DNA of 63,008 bases, the filler included. It is 4 parts of 4 records of this genome, joined end to end, with 100 filler letters (N's around TTAATTAATTAA, not from the genome) between each part and the next. Parts side by side here need not be neighbours in the genome. Positions count along the whole stretch, not along the records: positions 1 to 27,279 come from DRR723986_10345; 3 more parts are not named here. One strand, written 5' to 3'. Position 1 is the stretch's first letter. Each line of letters starts with the position of its first letter. A program made the position numbers and the translations under genes. Below are positions 10,141 to 19,554 of this stretch, piece after piece. Below the pieces are notes generated by a model. It was not told where the DNA came from. It did not search any database and was given only the letters and a program-made list of their open reading frames with translations.

Positions 10141-10349
10141 GCCCTTCCCCTCGTTTCCTTTGTTCTTCGGCCATAGCTAACGGTTTCCGCCCAGCCTGTC
10201 CATTATGGGCCTCGTCGGTTCGCGGGATTGTGGGAAAATCGGCACGCCGGCGGCGACCGGAACTTTTAACTCAACATTTTGAATCGTTAAGCGGCTGGAA
10301 ACGCCTGCCCGGTAGACCTGCCCCCGGGTGAGATACAAAGGTGGGAAAG

Positions 10350-11189
10350 ATGAGTGGCAACGAAGTTGCGCCCATCATCATCAAGCGCAAGAAGGTCGTG
10401 GGTGGCGATGGCCACCACGGCGGTGCGTGGAAGGTGGCCTATGCGGACTTCGTGACCGCGATGATGGCCTTCTTCCTGTTGATGTGGCTTCTGAACGCGA
10501 CGACCGAAAAGCAGCGCAAGGGGATCGCGGATTACTTCAGTCCGACGATCGCCATGGCCAAGGTGTCCGGCGGCGGCGACGGTCCGCTGGGGGGCGAATC
10601 CGTCTTTGCCGAAAACACCTTGCCGCGGATGGGCACGGGCGCGACCAGCCTCAGCCCGACGGTCGAGAAGCAGGACAAGGGGGCCGCCGAACCCGGCAGC
10701 GCGGACGATGCCGAGAAGGACGAGCAGCAGGAGCAGTTCGAGATGCTCGAAGAGATGCTCATGGGGCGCGGCGGCGAAAGCATGGTGGCTGACGATCTGC
10801 TCGACCATATCGTGACCGAGGTGACCGATGAGGGCCTTGTGATCGAGCTCTTCGAGACCGAGGCGGCGCGCCTCTTCACGGATGAGGCGACGCCGACCCG
10901 GCTGCTGGAGGATCTTGCCATCGTGCTGAAACGGGCCGCCGGGGTGGTGACGAACCCCCTTGCGATCGAGGGCCACACGGCCTCCTATCCGGTGGTGCTG
11001 GCGCGAAACCCGTCGTGGGATGTCTCGGGGATGCGGGCGACCGCCTTTCGCGAGCTGCTGACGCGGGACGGGCTGCCGCCCGAGCGGGTCCAGCGCGTCA
11101 CCTCGCACGCGGACCGCGAGCCGGCGCAGCAAAACCTCATGGATGTCAGGAACAACAGGCTCGAAGTGATCTTCCTGCGCACCGAGTGA
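10350..11189 (+). CDS. motB: Flagellar stator protein MotB
   Basis: HHGGAWKVAYADFVTAMMAFFLLMWL TM motif; OmpA-like C-terminus IEGHT...NNRLEV. Confidence 0.95.
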   Translation: MSGNEVAPIIIKRKKVVGGDGHHGGAWKVAYADFVTAMMAFFLLMWLLNATTEKQRKGIADYFSPTIAMAKVSGGGDGPLGGESVFAENTLPRMGTGATSLSPTVEKQDKGAAEPGSADDAEKDEQQEQFEMLEEMLMGRGGESMVADDLLDHIVTEVTDEGLVIELFETEAARLFTDEATPTRLLEDLAIVLKRAAGVVTNPLAIEGHTASYPVVLARNPSWDVSGMRATAFRELLTRDGLPPERVQRVTSHADREPAQQNLMDVRNNRLEVIFLRTE

Positions 11190-11214
11190 CGCAGTTTGGG
11201 TCGGATTTTAGCTG

Positions 11215-11229
11215 TTAGCCGGACGTTAA
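11215..11229. promoter_or_regulatory. Putative CtrA binding site upstream of flgE
   Basis: TTAG-CCGGACG-TTAA, one mismatch from TTAA-N7-TTAA, in the motB-flgE intergenic region. Confidence 0.6.
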
Positions 11230-11285
11230 ACCCAGAGCCTTATCTGTTGTCGAGAAGTGAAACGCGACAGCAGAAAGGCGTGTCC

Positions 11286-12581
11286 ATGACTATTTCCTCG
11301 TCATTGAATGCAGGGGTTCTGGGGCTGAGTGCGAATGCCAGCAGGCTCGGCACGATCTCCGACAACATCGCCAATTCCTCGACCTACGGGTACCGCCGCG
11401 CCGAGACGGAGTTCAACGCCCTGGTGATGGACAACACGGGCCGCAGTTACACGGCGGGCGGCGTGACCAGCACGAACGTACGGCTGATCGACCAGAAGGG
11501 GTCCATCGTCTCTACGGACAATGCGACCGACCTCGCGGTACGGGGCCGCGGGATGCTGCCGGTGACCGCAGCATCGCAGTTCGAGGCCACGGGGGAGCCG
11601 GAATTGCTGCTGACCTCGACCGGATCGTTCCGCCTGAACGAGGAAGGGTATCTGATCAACGCGTCGGGCTACTACCTGATGGGCTGGCCGGCGGATGTCG
11701 ACGGGTCCATCCCGTCCTTTCCGCGCGACACCGTGGACGGGCTGGAGCCGATCCAGTTCAGCCTCAGTCTGACCTCGGATCCGACCACGGACGTCTCTCT
11801 CAGCCTGAACCTGCCGGCGACGGACACCGCCTTCGACGCGCCGGGTGATCCCTATACGCTGTCGGTCGAGTATTTCGACAACCTCGGCGTCTCGCAGTCC
11901 ATGGGACTGACCTTCACGCCGACCATCCCCGGCGCGGGTTCGTCCAATGAATGGACGATGCAGGTCACGGATTCGGCCTCCGCCGGCGCCGTCGTCGGCG
12001 AATACACGATCACATTCGACGATACGCGGGCCGGCGGCGGCAAGATCCTCGGCGTCACGACGGTGTCCGGTGGCGCCTACGATCCGGTGACCGGCGTGGC
12101 AGAGATCACGGTGGCGGGTGGCCCGATCGACTTCGACATCGGCGCTGTCGGTGCGAACACCGGCCTGTCGCAACTCTCCGACAGCTTCGCGCCCATCGCG
12201 ATCACCAAGAACGGCTCGCCGGTCGGCAACATGACCTCGGTGGATGTCGACGCCAACGGCTATGTCAGCGCGAACTACGACACCGGCGTCAGCCGCGTCA
12301 TGTTCCAGGTCCCGCTGGCGGACCTGCCCAACCCCAACGGCATGATCGCGCTGGACAACCAGACCTTCCGTCCCTCGAAGGAAAGCGGGGCCTACTTCCT
12401 GTGGGATGCCGGCGACGGTCCGACCGGTGACATCAAGTCCTATGCGCGCGAGGAATCGACCACCGACGTTGCCAAGGAGCTGACGTCGATGATCCAGACC
12501 CAGCGCGCCTACTCGTCCAATGCAAAGGTGATCCAGACCGTGGACGAGATGCTTCAGGAAACCACGAACATCAAGCGCTGA
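11286..12581 (+). CDS. flgE: Flagellar hook protein FlgE
   Basis: ISDNIANSSTYGY, TDLAVRGRG, EESTTDVAKELTSMIQTQRAYSSNAKVIQTVDEM; AGAAAGG SD. Confidence 0.95.
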   Translation: MTISSSLNAGVLGLSANASRLGTISDNIANSSTYGYRRAETEFNALVMDNTGRSYTAGGVTSTNVRLIDQKGSIVSTDNATDLAVRGRGMLPVTAASQFEATGEPELLLTSTGSFRLNEEGYLINASGYYLMGWPADVDGSIPSFPRDTVDGLEPIQFSLSLTSDPTTDVSLSLNLPATDTAFDAPGDPYTLSVEYFDNLGVSQSMGLTFTPTIPGAGSSNEWTMQVTDSASAGAVVGEYTITFDDTRAGGGKILGVTTVSGGAYDPVTGVAEITVAGGPIDFDIGAVGANTGLSQLSDSFAPIAITKNGSPVGNMTSVDVDANGYVSANYDTGVSRVMFQVPLADLPNPNGMIALDNQTFRPSKESGAYFLWDAGDGPTGDIKSYAREESTTDVAKELTSMIQTQRAYSSNAKVIQTVDEMLQETTNIKR

Positions 12582-12616
12582 ACCGGCGCTTGACCCCCTG
12601 ACCCAGGAGTACGCTC

Positions 12617-14065
12617 ATGTCTCTTTCGACGGCACTTTACGGCGCCTTCAGCGGCCTCAAGGCGAATTCCAAGGCCGCCGCGCTGGTTTCGACCAACATC
12701 GCCAATGCCACGACCGAAAGCTACGGGCGGCGCGAACTGGACCTGCGGTCGGGGTCTTCCTCTACCGGGGGCGGCGTCCTGATCGACGGCGTCCTCCGCA
12801 ATGTGAACCCGATCCTGATCGCGGACCGGCGTCAATCCGACGCCGAAATGGCGCTGGGTGGCGAGCTTTACGACTTCGCGTCCCGTTTCGAGAAGGAGCT
12901 GGGCGACAGCGAGATGCCCGGCTCTCTGGTCAACCGTTACACGGCATTCGAGAACGCGCTTCTGGTGGCGGCGGCCGATCCGTCCTCTGTGCAGAGGCTC
13001 GATCAGGTCGCCCTGACGGCCGATGCCGTCTCGACCAAGCTGAACGCGCTGTCGCGGGATGTTCAGGCCGCGCGGCTCGACGCCGACAAGGAGATCGGGC
13101 GGCAGGTCACGCTTCTGAATGAAACCATCCTGCGGCTGGATGGCATCAACGACGATCTAAAGAAGGCTGCGGCCGCCAATGGCGACAACGCCTCGCTGCT
13201 GGATGAGCAGGCGCGCCTGATCGACAGCATTTCGGGCATCGTCCCGGTGCGCGTGGTCCAGAAGGATGCGGGCGACATCACGCTCTACACCACCGGCGGC
13301 GCCGTTCTGCTGGACGGGCGACCCTCGGAGATCGGCTTTACCCCGGTCAATGCGATGGACCCGGTCTTCACGCTTGCGGATGGCGATCTGTCGGGCCTGA
13401 CGATCAACGGCATGTTCGCGAAGGCCACCGGCAACGGCATGCTCAAGGGGGGCAGCCTTGCCGCCCAATTCGAGATCCGGGACGATGTCGCCCCGGCAAG
13501 GCAGGCGCAGCTTGACGCCATCGCCCGCGACCTGATCGAGAGGCTGGGGCCCGGCGGGCCCGACACCACGCTTGCGCCCACGGATCCCGGCCTGTTCACC
13601 GATGATGGGATCGCATTCGATCCGCTCAACGAGGTCGGGATCGCCGGCCGCATCCGTATCAACACGGTGGTGGCGCCGGGCAGCGGCGACTCGTGGCGTC
13701 TGCGGGATGGGTTGGGGGTTGCGGCCCCCGGTCCGGTCGGCGATGCGCGGCTGCTTCAAGGCATCACCGCCGCGCTCGAAGCCGGGACCATGCCGTCTTC
13801 GACGGGGTTGCCCGGGGTCAGCGCCTCCTTTGCCACGCATATCGCGGATATCACATCGGATGCCGCCGCGGCGCGTGTCCGGGCCGAGGGTCAGAAAACC
13901 TACCTGTCCGCGCAGAACACGCAGCTCAAGGAGCTCGAACTGGCCAACGGCGTCGATACCGACGCCGAGCTTCAGCGGCTCATGCAGATCGAGCAGCTTT
14001 ACGCCGCCAACGTCAAGGTCATGCAGACCGTCGACGAACTGATGCAGCAACTGATGTCCATCTAA
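12617..14065 (+). CDS. flgK: Hook-associated protein FlgK
   Basis: NIANATTESYGRR; GVDTDAELQRLMQIEQLYAANVKVM. Confidence 0.93.
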   Translation: MSLSTALYGAFSGLKANSKAAALVSTNIANATTESYGRRELDLRSGSSSTGGGVLIDGVLRNVNPILIADRRQSDAEMALGGELYDFASRFEKELGDSEMPGSLVNRYTAFENALLVAAADPSSVQRLDQVALTADAVSTKLNALSRDVQAARLDADKEIGRQVTLLNETILRLDGINDDLKKAAAANGDNASLLDEQARLIDSISGIVPVRVVQKDAGDITLYTTGGAVLLDGRPSEIGFTPVNAMDPVFTLADGDLSGLTINGMFAKATGNGMLKGGSLAAQFEIRDDVAPARQAQLDAIARDLIERLGPGGPDTTLAPTDPGLFTDDGIAFDPLNEVGIAGRIRINTVVAPGSGDSWRLRDGLGVAAPGPVGDARLLQGITAALEAGTMPSSTGLPGVSASFATHIADITSDAAAARVRAEGQKTYLSAQNTQLKELELANGVDTDAELQRLMQIEQLYAANVKVMQTVDELMQQLMSI

Positions 14066-14077
14066 GGAAGGGATGCC

Positions 14078-15076
14078 ATGGAATCCGTCGGAGACATGTC
14101 GCGTGCGCTTATCCTGCGCACCAACCAGGCCCGCCTGCGCAGCGAGATGGACAAGCTTGCCGTCGAAGTCTCGACCGGCTTCGTGCGGGACAATGCCAAG
14201 CATCTGAAGGGCGATACCTCGGCGCTGCTGTCGATCGACCGGGCGCTGGAAAAGCTGGATGTCTACCGGGTCAACGCCGCCTCGGCGACCTTCCTGACGG
14301 GCACGATGCAGGCCACGCTCGACGAGATGCAGGACCGGAGCGAATCGCTCTCGGGCACCTTGATCTCAGCAGAGCTGACGCCAAACGACGCCCTGTTGCA
14401 GACCCTGTCCGACGATGCCGGAACGGCGCTGAACCAGATGGTCAATGCCCTGAACCGCAATGTCGCGGGGCGTTTTCTCTTTTCCGGAACGGCAACGGAT
14501 ACCGCGCCCATGCCGGATACGGACACGCTTCTCTCCGATGTCCGGACGGCGTTGACCGGAGCGGGTGATATCGCGGCCATCGACGCCGCCCTGGACAGCT
14601 TCTTCGGGGCGGCCGGCGGGTTCGAGACCACGATCTACCAGGGGTCGAACACCGGACTTGCCCCATTGCGCCTGAGCGAAACGGAATCCGCGACCGTCGA
14701 CATCCGCGCCACGGACGAGGGGTTTCGCGCGCTTCTGAAACCCATGCTGAAGGCCGCGCTCGCCACCGACACGACCCTCGGCTTCGACCAGAGCCTGCAG
14801 ATCGAGATGCTGGGAAGCGCCGGTCGTGAGTTGCTGGCTGCCCAAGCCGACGTCGTGGAACTGCGCGCCGGCCTCGGCTCTCTTGAGGCCCGGCTGGAAG
14901 AGACGACGACACGGATCTCGGCCGAACGCACTGCGACCAGCACCGCGCGGCTCGAACTTGTCGGCACGGACCAATATGAAACCGCCGCGCGCTACGAAAG
15001 CATCCGGACCCAACTGGAAAGCCTTTACGCCATCACCGCTCGGTCGCAACGCTTGTCCCTCGCGGAGTTCCTTTGA
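14078..15076 (+). CDS. flgL: Hook-associated protein FlgL (flagellin-like)
   Basis: GRFLFSGTATDTAP; C-terminal QLESLYAITARSQRLSLAEFL; follows flgK. Confidence 0.85.
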   Translation: MESVGDMSRALILRTNQARLRSEMDKLAVEVSTGFVRDNAKHLKGDTSALLSIDRALEKLDVYRVNAASATFLTGTMQATLDEMQDRSESLSGTLISAELTPNDALLQTLSDDAGTALNQMVNALNRNVAGRFLFSGTATDTAPMPDTDTLLSDVRTALTGAGDIAAIDAALDSFFGAAGGFETTIYQGSNTGLAPLRLSETESATVDIRATDEGFRALLKPMLKAALATDTTLGFDQSLQIEMLGSAGRELLAAQADVVELRAGLGSLEARLEETTTRISAERTATSTARLELVGTDQYETAARYESIRTQLESLYAITARSQRLSLAEFL

Positions 15077-16182
15077 TGCGCCACCTGATCACCGCACTGA
15101 TCGCCCTGGCTTTCTGCCTGTCCGCAGCCGCCCATGCCCAATCCGTAAGGATCAAGGATCTCGTCGAAATCGACGGGGTCCGGTCCAACGATCTTGTCGG
15201 CTACGGCCTCGTCGTCGGCCTGAACGGATCGGGCGACGGGCTGCGGAATTCGCCCTTCACCGAAGAGATCATGTCGAACATCCTCGAACGCTTGGGGGTC
15301 AATGTCACGGGGGAGCAATTCCGCCCGCGCAACGTGGCCGCGGTCATCGTGACGGGGCGCTTGCCGGCATTCGCCCGCGTCGGGAGCCAGATCGACATCA
15401 CGGTTTCGGCCATCGGCGATGCCAGCAGCCTGCTGGGCGGCACCTTGATCATGACCCCGCTTAACGCTGCGGACGGGCAGATCTACGCCGTGGCGCAAGG
15501 CACCGTGATCGCCGGCGGGGTCGAGGCAGAGGGCGAGGCAGCGCGTGTGGTGCAGGGGGTGCCGACCGCCGGCGTGATCCCCTCTGGCGCGCGCGTCGAA
15601 CGCGAGGTCGATTTCGACTTCACGGCCTTGTCCACGCTGCGGTTGGCCCTGCGCGAGCCGGATTTCACCACGGCGGCGCGGATCGAGGATGTCATCAACC
15701 AAACGGTAGGGGGGCGCGCGGCAACCATGCTCGATGCGGGAACGATCTCGGTGAACCTGTCGCAGACCGGCGCGAATTCCCCGGCCCGGGCCGTGGTGGC
15801 CATCGAGAACCTCGCGATAGAGCCGCAACGCCGCGCGCGGGTCGTGGTGGATCAGCGCTCGGGCACGATCGTCATGGGATCGGACGTCCGCATCTCGCGG
15901 GTCGCGGTGTCTCAGGGAAACCTGACGCTTCGGATCGAAGAAGCGCCTTTGGCCATCCAGCCCAATCCGTTCTCCGACGGGGAAACGGTGGTCGTTCCTC
16001 GCACCGGCGCCGCCATAGAGGAGGAGCCCGGGATCGGCCTTGCCGAGGTGCCTACGGGCACGAACCTGTCCGAAGTCATCGCCGGTCTGAACGCGCTGGG
16101 CGTCAGCCCGCGGGATATGATCGACATTCTCAAGAGCATCAAGGCCGCCGGCGCTCTGCATGCCGATTTCGTCGTGATGTGA
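15076..16182 (+). CDS. flgI: Flagellar P-ring protein FlgI
   Basis: RIKDL..IDGVRSNDLVGYGLVVGLNGSGD; DMIDILKSIKAAGALHA. Confidence 0.97.
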   Translation: MRHLITALIALAFCLSAAAHAQSVRIKDLVEIDGVRSNDLVGYGLVVGLNGSGDGLRNSPFTEEIMSNILERLGVNVTGEQFRPRNVAAVIVTGRLPAFARVGSQIDITVSAIGDASSLLGGTLIMTPLNAADGQIYAVAQGTVIAGGVEAEGEAARVVQGVPTAGVIPSGARVEREVDFDFTALSTLRLALREPDFTTAARIEDVINQTVGGRAATMLDAGTISVNLSQTGANSPARAVVAIENLAIEPQRRARVVVDQRSGTIVMGSDVRISRVAVSQGNLTLRIEEAPLAIQPNPFSDGETVVVPRTGAAIEEEPGIGLAEVPTGTNLSEVIAGLNALGVSPRDMIDILKSIKAAGALHADFVVM

Positions 16183-16250
16183 GGCTGCCGCAGAGGCTTT
16201 CTTAACGACTGCCTGCGACAGTCGGGCAGGGTCAGTTCAGGAGACCGGGA

Positions 16251-17120
16251 ATGCTCGGAATCATCGGTATCGTCGTAATTTTCGCCATGGTTTTTGGCGG
16301 GTACATGGCAGCGGGCGGCAAGCTCGGCATCATTCTCAAGGCGCTGCCCTTCGAATTCATGATGATCGGGGGGGCGGCCGCCGGTGCCTTTCTGATCAGC
16401 AATGACGGGGGCACGGTCAAGCACGCTCTCAAGGACATCGGCAAGGTCTTCAAGGGAGCAAAATGGAAGCCCGACGACTACCGCGATCTGCTTTGCCTTC
16501 TGTTCGAGTTGATCCGGCTTGCCCGGCAGAATCCCGTCGCCATCGAGGAACATATCGAGACACCGTCGGAATCCAGCATTTTCGGCAAGTATCCCAAGAT
16601 CACCGGCGACAAATACGCCATGGAGCTGATTTGCGACACCATGCGGTCGGTTTCGATGAATTACGACGATCCGCATCAGGTTGAGGAGGTGCTCGACAAG
16701 CGCCTAGAGGCCATGTCGCATCACGCAGGCCACAGCGCCCACGCGCTTCAGGCCATGGCGGATGCGCTACCGGCCCTTGGCATCGTGGCGGCCGTTCTGG
16801 GAGTCATCAAGACCATGGCCTCTATCGATCAGCCGCCCGAGGTGCTGGGCAAGATGATCGGCGGCGCTCTCGTCGGGACCTTTCTCGGCGTGTTCCTCGC
16901 CTATGGTTTCGTCGGGCCCTTCGCCTCTAAAGTGAAGGCCGTCGGCGACGAGGACATGCATTTCTACCAGCTGATCCGCGAAGTTCTGATCGCCAATCTT
17001 CATAACCACGCGACGAACATCTGCATCGAAGTCGGCCGCCAGAATACGCCCAACCACTTCCGGCCCAGTTTCGAGGATCTGGAGGAGGCGTTGAAATCCG
17101 TGAAGCAGGAGGCGGCATGA
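16251..17120 (+). CDS. motA: Flagellar stator protein MotA
   Basis: ADALPALGIVAAVLGVIKTM, GGALVGTFLGVFLAYG, IEVGR. Confidence 0.96.
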   Translation: MLGIIGIVVIFAMVFGGYMAAGGKLGIILKALPFEFMMIGGAAAGAFLISNDGGTVKHALKDIGKVFKGAKWKPDDYRDLLCLLFELIRLARQNPVAIEEHIETPSESSIFGKYPKITGDKYAMELICDTMRSVSMNYDDPHQVEEVLDKRLEAMSHHAGHSAHALQAMADALPALGIVAAVLGVIKTMASIDQPPEVLGKMIGGALVGTFLGVFLAYGFVGPFASKVKAVGDEDMHFYQLIREVLIANLHNHATNICIEVGRQNTPNHFRPSFEDLEEALKSVKQEAA

Positions 17121-19408
17121 TCCGGCCCGCCCTCCTTCTCCTCTGTCTGGCCTTGCCGGGCACGGTTCTGGCGCAGGGGGTCCTGGTTCGCAGCGGTGAG
17201 CATGGGGATTTCACCCGCCTTGTCTTCGACATGCCTGCCGGAACCGAATGGTCCTTGGATCAGGACCCGGCAGAGCGCCGGATTGCCGTCGACTTCGGTC
17301 CGAACGTCCCGGCTATCGATGTATCCGGCGTCTTCGACAGGATCGACCGGAGCCGTCTGGCGAACATCATCTTGGCGGAGGACGGCACTGGCGTAGAGCT
17401 CTCCCTGTCCTGCCCCTGTGATGCAGAAGCCTTCGTGCTCCGGGATCGGATGCTCGTTGTCGATATTCGCCCGGCCGCCGATGGCAGCGATATTGCCAAC
17501 GCCGACCTTTCCGTGGACCGCCCCGTGACAGCGACCGCGCAGGCCGGTCTTGCGGCGGACCTTGCACGGGTTCGCGTGGCCGGGGTGCCGGGCATCGGTC
17601 CCGCGCGGGCTCTGGACCCGCTCCTGCCCCATCTTCCGGGCGGAAAACCCCCGGCATCCGGGCGCGGGGGTCCGCCATCCCCGGCTGACACACCGAGGGA
17701 TATGACCGATGTCCTAGCCATCGGCGATCAGCTTGCGGCCGATCTCGCGGCCGCGGCGACAGAGGGCATCCTGAACGCTTCCGTCAATCCGGTGCCGAGC
17801 CAAAGGCCGGGGATCCCGGCGGAAAACCTGCGATCTTTTGCACCCGATGGGCGCGCTGTCGATGGTCCGGATCTGGTCGAGCAACTGGCTAACGGATTGT
17901 CCGGCGTGGACCACTCAGCTCCCGGGGGCCGGCGCATTCAGGTCGGCGGTACGCATTGCGTCCTAGACAGTGATCTTGCCGTTGGCTCTTGGAGCGACGA
18001 CGAAACCGATATCAATGCCGTGCTTGCAGACCGCCGCAGCACCGTTTTCGGAGAGTTCGACCGTATCGACCCGACGGCCTTGACGATCTACGCGCAATCG
18101 CTCCTTCATTTCGGTTTCGGTGCAGAGGCCCGTGCCACGCTCGACCTGAACCAGGACGATGCCTCCCGTGTGCTGCGCGCCCTGTCCCACCTGATCGACG
18201 GCGATCCGGATCCCTCGGGGGTCTTTCTGGACCAGACCAACTGCCCGGGCGATGCGGCCCTCTGGTCGGTTGTGGCGCTGCCGGACCAACCGGGAAACCA
18301 TTTGGTGGACACATCGGCGGTACTCCGCGCGTTCGAGAAACTGCCGGTCCATTTGAGGGAGCACTTCGGCCCGGGCCTCTCCGCTCGCCTGTCCGGCGCC
18401 GGCTACCCGGACGCAGCCCGGGACGTGCTGTCCAGGTTGCTGCGGTCGAAGGGTATGGAAACGGACAGCATCGCGCTGGGACGTGCCCAGATCGACCTGA
18501 AGCAGGGAAAGCTCGATGCGGCCGAAGCCCCCCTTCGCAGCCTTGCGACCGAAGGCGGGCCGGAATCGCCGCAGGCGATCCTCGCGTCGATCGAACTGGC
18601 GCGGACCGCCGACAAACCGGTGCCGGGCTATCTGGTGGAACTCGCGGCTGCCTTCGCGACGGAATTCCGCAATAGCGAAGAGGGGCCGGATTTCTGGAAA
18701 GCGCATCTTACAGCATTGTTGCTGAACGGTGCCTTCGAGGATGCGCATGACGCGATCCTGGGCGCGGATGAAGCCTATATCCCCTCCGAAACCGCGGCTG
18801 ATATGCGCAATACGGCGCTGGAAATGCTGGTCTCCCGGGCGCCCGACGTTCCGTTCCTCAAGATCGCCATGCAAGAGCTGCAGGCCGGTTTTCGGCCGAC
18901 CCGCGATCAGGTCACGGTGGATATCGCTCGGCGATTCACGGATCTTGGTCTGGCCGATGCGGCGCTCGGCCAACTCGCCATGATCCCGCCCGCAAGCAGA
19001 TTGGACTCACAGGCCAAGGTTCTGCGGGCCCGGGCGCTTCTGGAGCTCGGACGACCCGAAGAAGCAGAGATCATTCTGATCGGCCAGAGGGGGGCGGATG
19101 TGGACCGCCTGCGAGCCGTGGTCCGGGATCGCATGGGCGATCACGAATTGGCCGGCACCCTGTACAGCGAACTTGGCGAGGACGCCCTCGCCCGGCAAGC
19201 AGCGTGGCTTTCGGGAGACTGGACCTCTGTCGCGAACGGTTCCGACGATGCTTTGGCCCAAGCAGCAGCCCTCGTTCAAGCCCCGCCGGACCCCGGCGAT
19301 CCCACCAATCCGAGCCTTGCGGCAGCGGAGGGTCTGTCCGCATCCAGCGCCGAAACGCGCGACACCATCCGCGCCCTGCTGGAGGCGACCCGACTTACCG
19401 AGAACTGA
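17117..19408 (+). CDS. Exported flagellar-cluster hypothetical protein (N-terminal beta domain, TPR-like helical C-terminus)
   Basis: Signal peptide; RSGEHGDFTRLVF N-terminal motif; YAQSLLHFGFGAEA; Ala/Leu-rich helical repeats; ATGA overlap with motA. Confidence 0.8.
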   Translation: MIRPALLLLCLALPGTVLAQGVLVRSGEHGDFTRLVFDMPAGTEWSLDQDPAERRIAVDFGPNVPAIDVSGVFDRIDRSRLANIILAEDGTGVELSLSCPCDAEAFVLRDRMLVVDIRPAADGSDIANADLSVDRPVTATAQAGLAADLARVRVAGVPGIGPARALDPLLPHLPGGKPPASGRGGPPSPADTPRDMTDVLAIGDQLAADLAAAATEGILNASVNPVPSQRPGIPAENLRSFAPDGRAVDGPDLVEQLANGLSGVDHSAPGGRRIQVGGTHCVLDSDLAVGSWSDDETDINAVLADRRSTVFGEFDRIDPTALTIYAQSLLHFGFGAEARATLDLNQDDASRVLRALSHLIDGDPDPSGVFLDQTNCPGDAALWSVVALPDQPGNHLVDTSAVLRAFEKLPVHLREHFGPGLSARLSGAGYPDAARDVLSRLLRSKGMETDSIALGRAQIDLKQGKLDAAEAPLRSLATEGGPESPQAILASIELARTADKPVPGYLVELAAAFATEFRNSEEGPDFWKAHLTALLLNGAFEDAHDAILGADEAYIPSETAADMRNTALEMLVSRAPDVPFLKIAMQELQAGFRPTRDQVTVDIARRFTDLGLADAALGQLAMIPPASRLDSQAKVLRARALLELGRPEEAEIILIGQRGADVDRLRAVVRDRMGDHELAGTLYSELGEDALARQAAWLSGDWTSVANGSDDALAQAAALVQAPPDPGDPTNPSLAAAEGLSASSAETRDTIRALLEATRLTEN

Positions 19409-19554
19409 CATCCTCGAAATCTCGAACGCGCAGGACCACAGAACGTGTACCGGAGGCCAAGAATGGCAAAGCGAGTGAACGCGGCAACGGCGCCATGTCG
19501 CCCCATCCCACACTGCGGAAGTCGTGCTCCGCATGATCAGGTGGGGCGCTGATC

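Noticed and set aside
16206-16229. Alternative hairpins (CGACTG/CAGTCG versus CTGCC/GGCAG) upstream of motA
   Set aside because: 5-6 bp stems are not significant without covariation evidence
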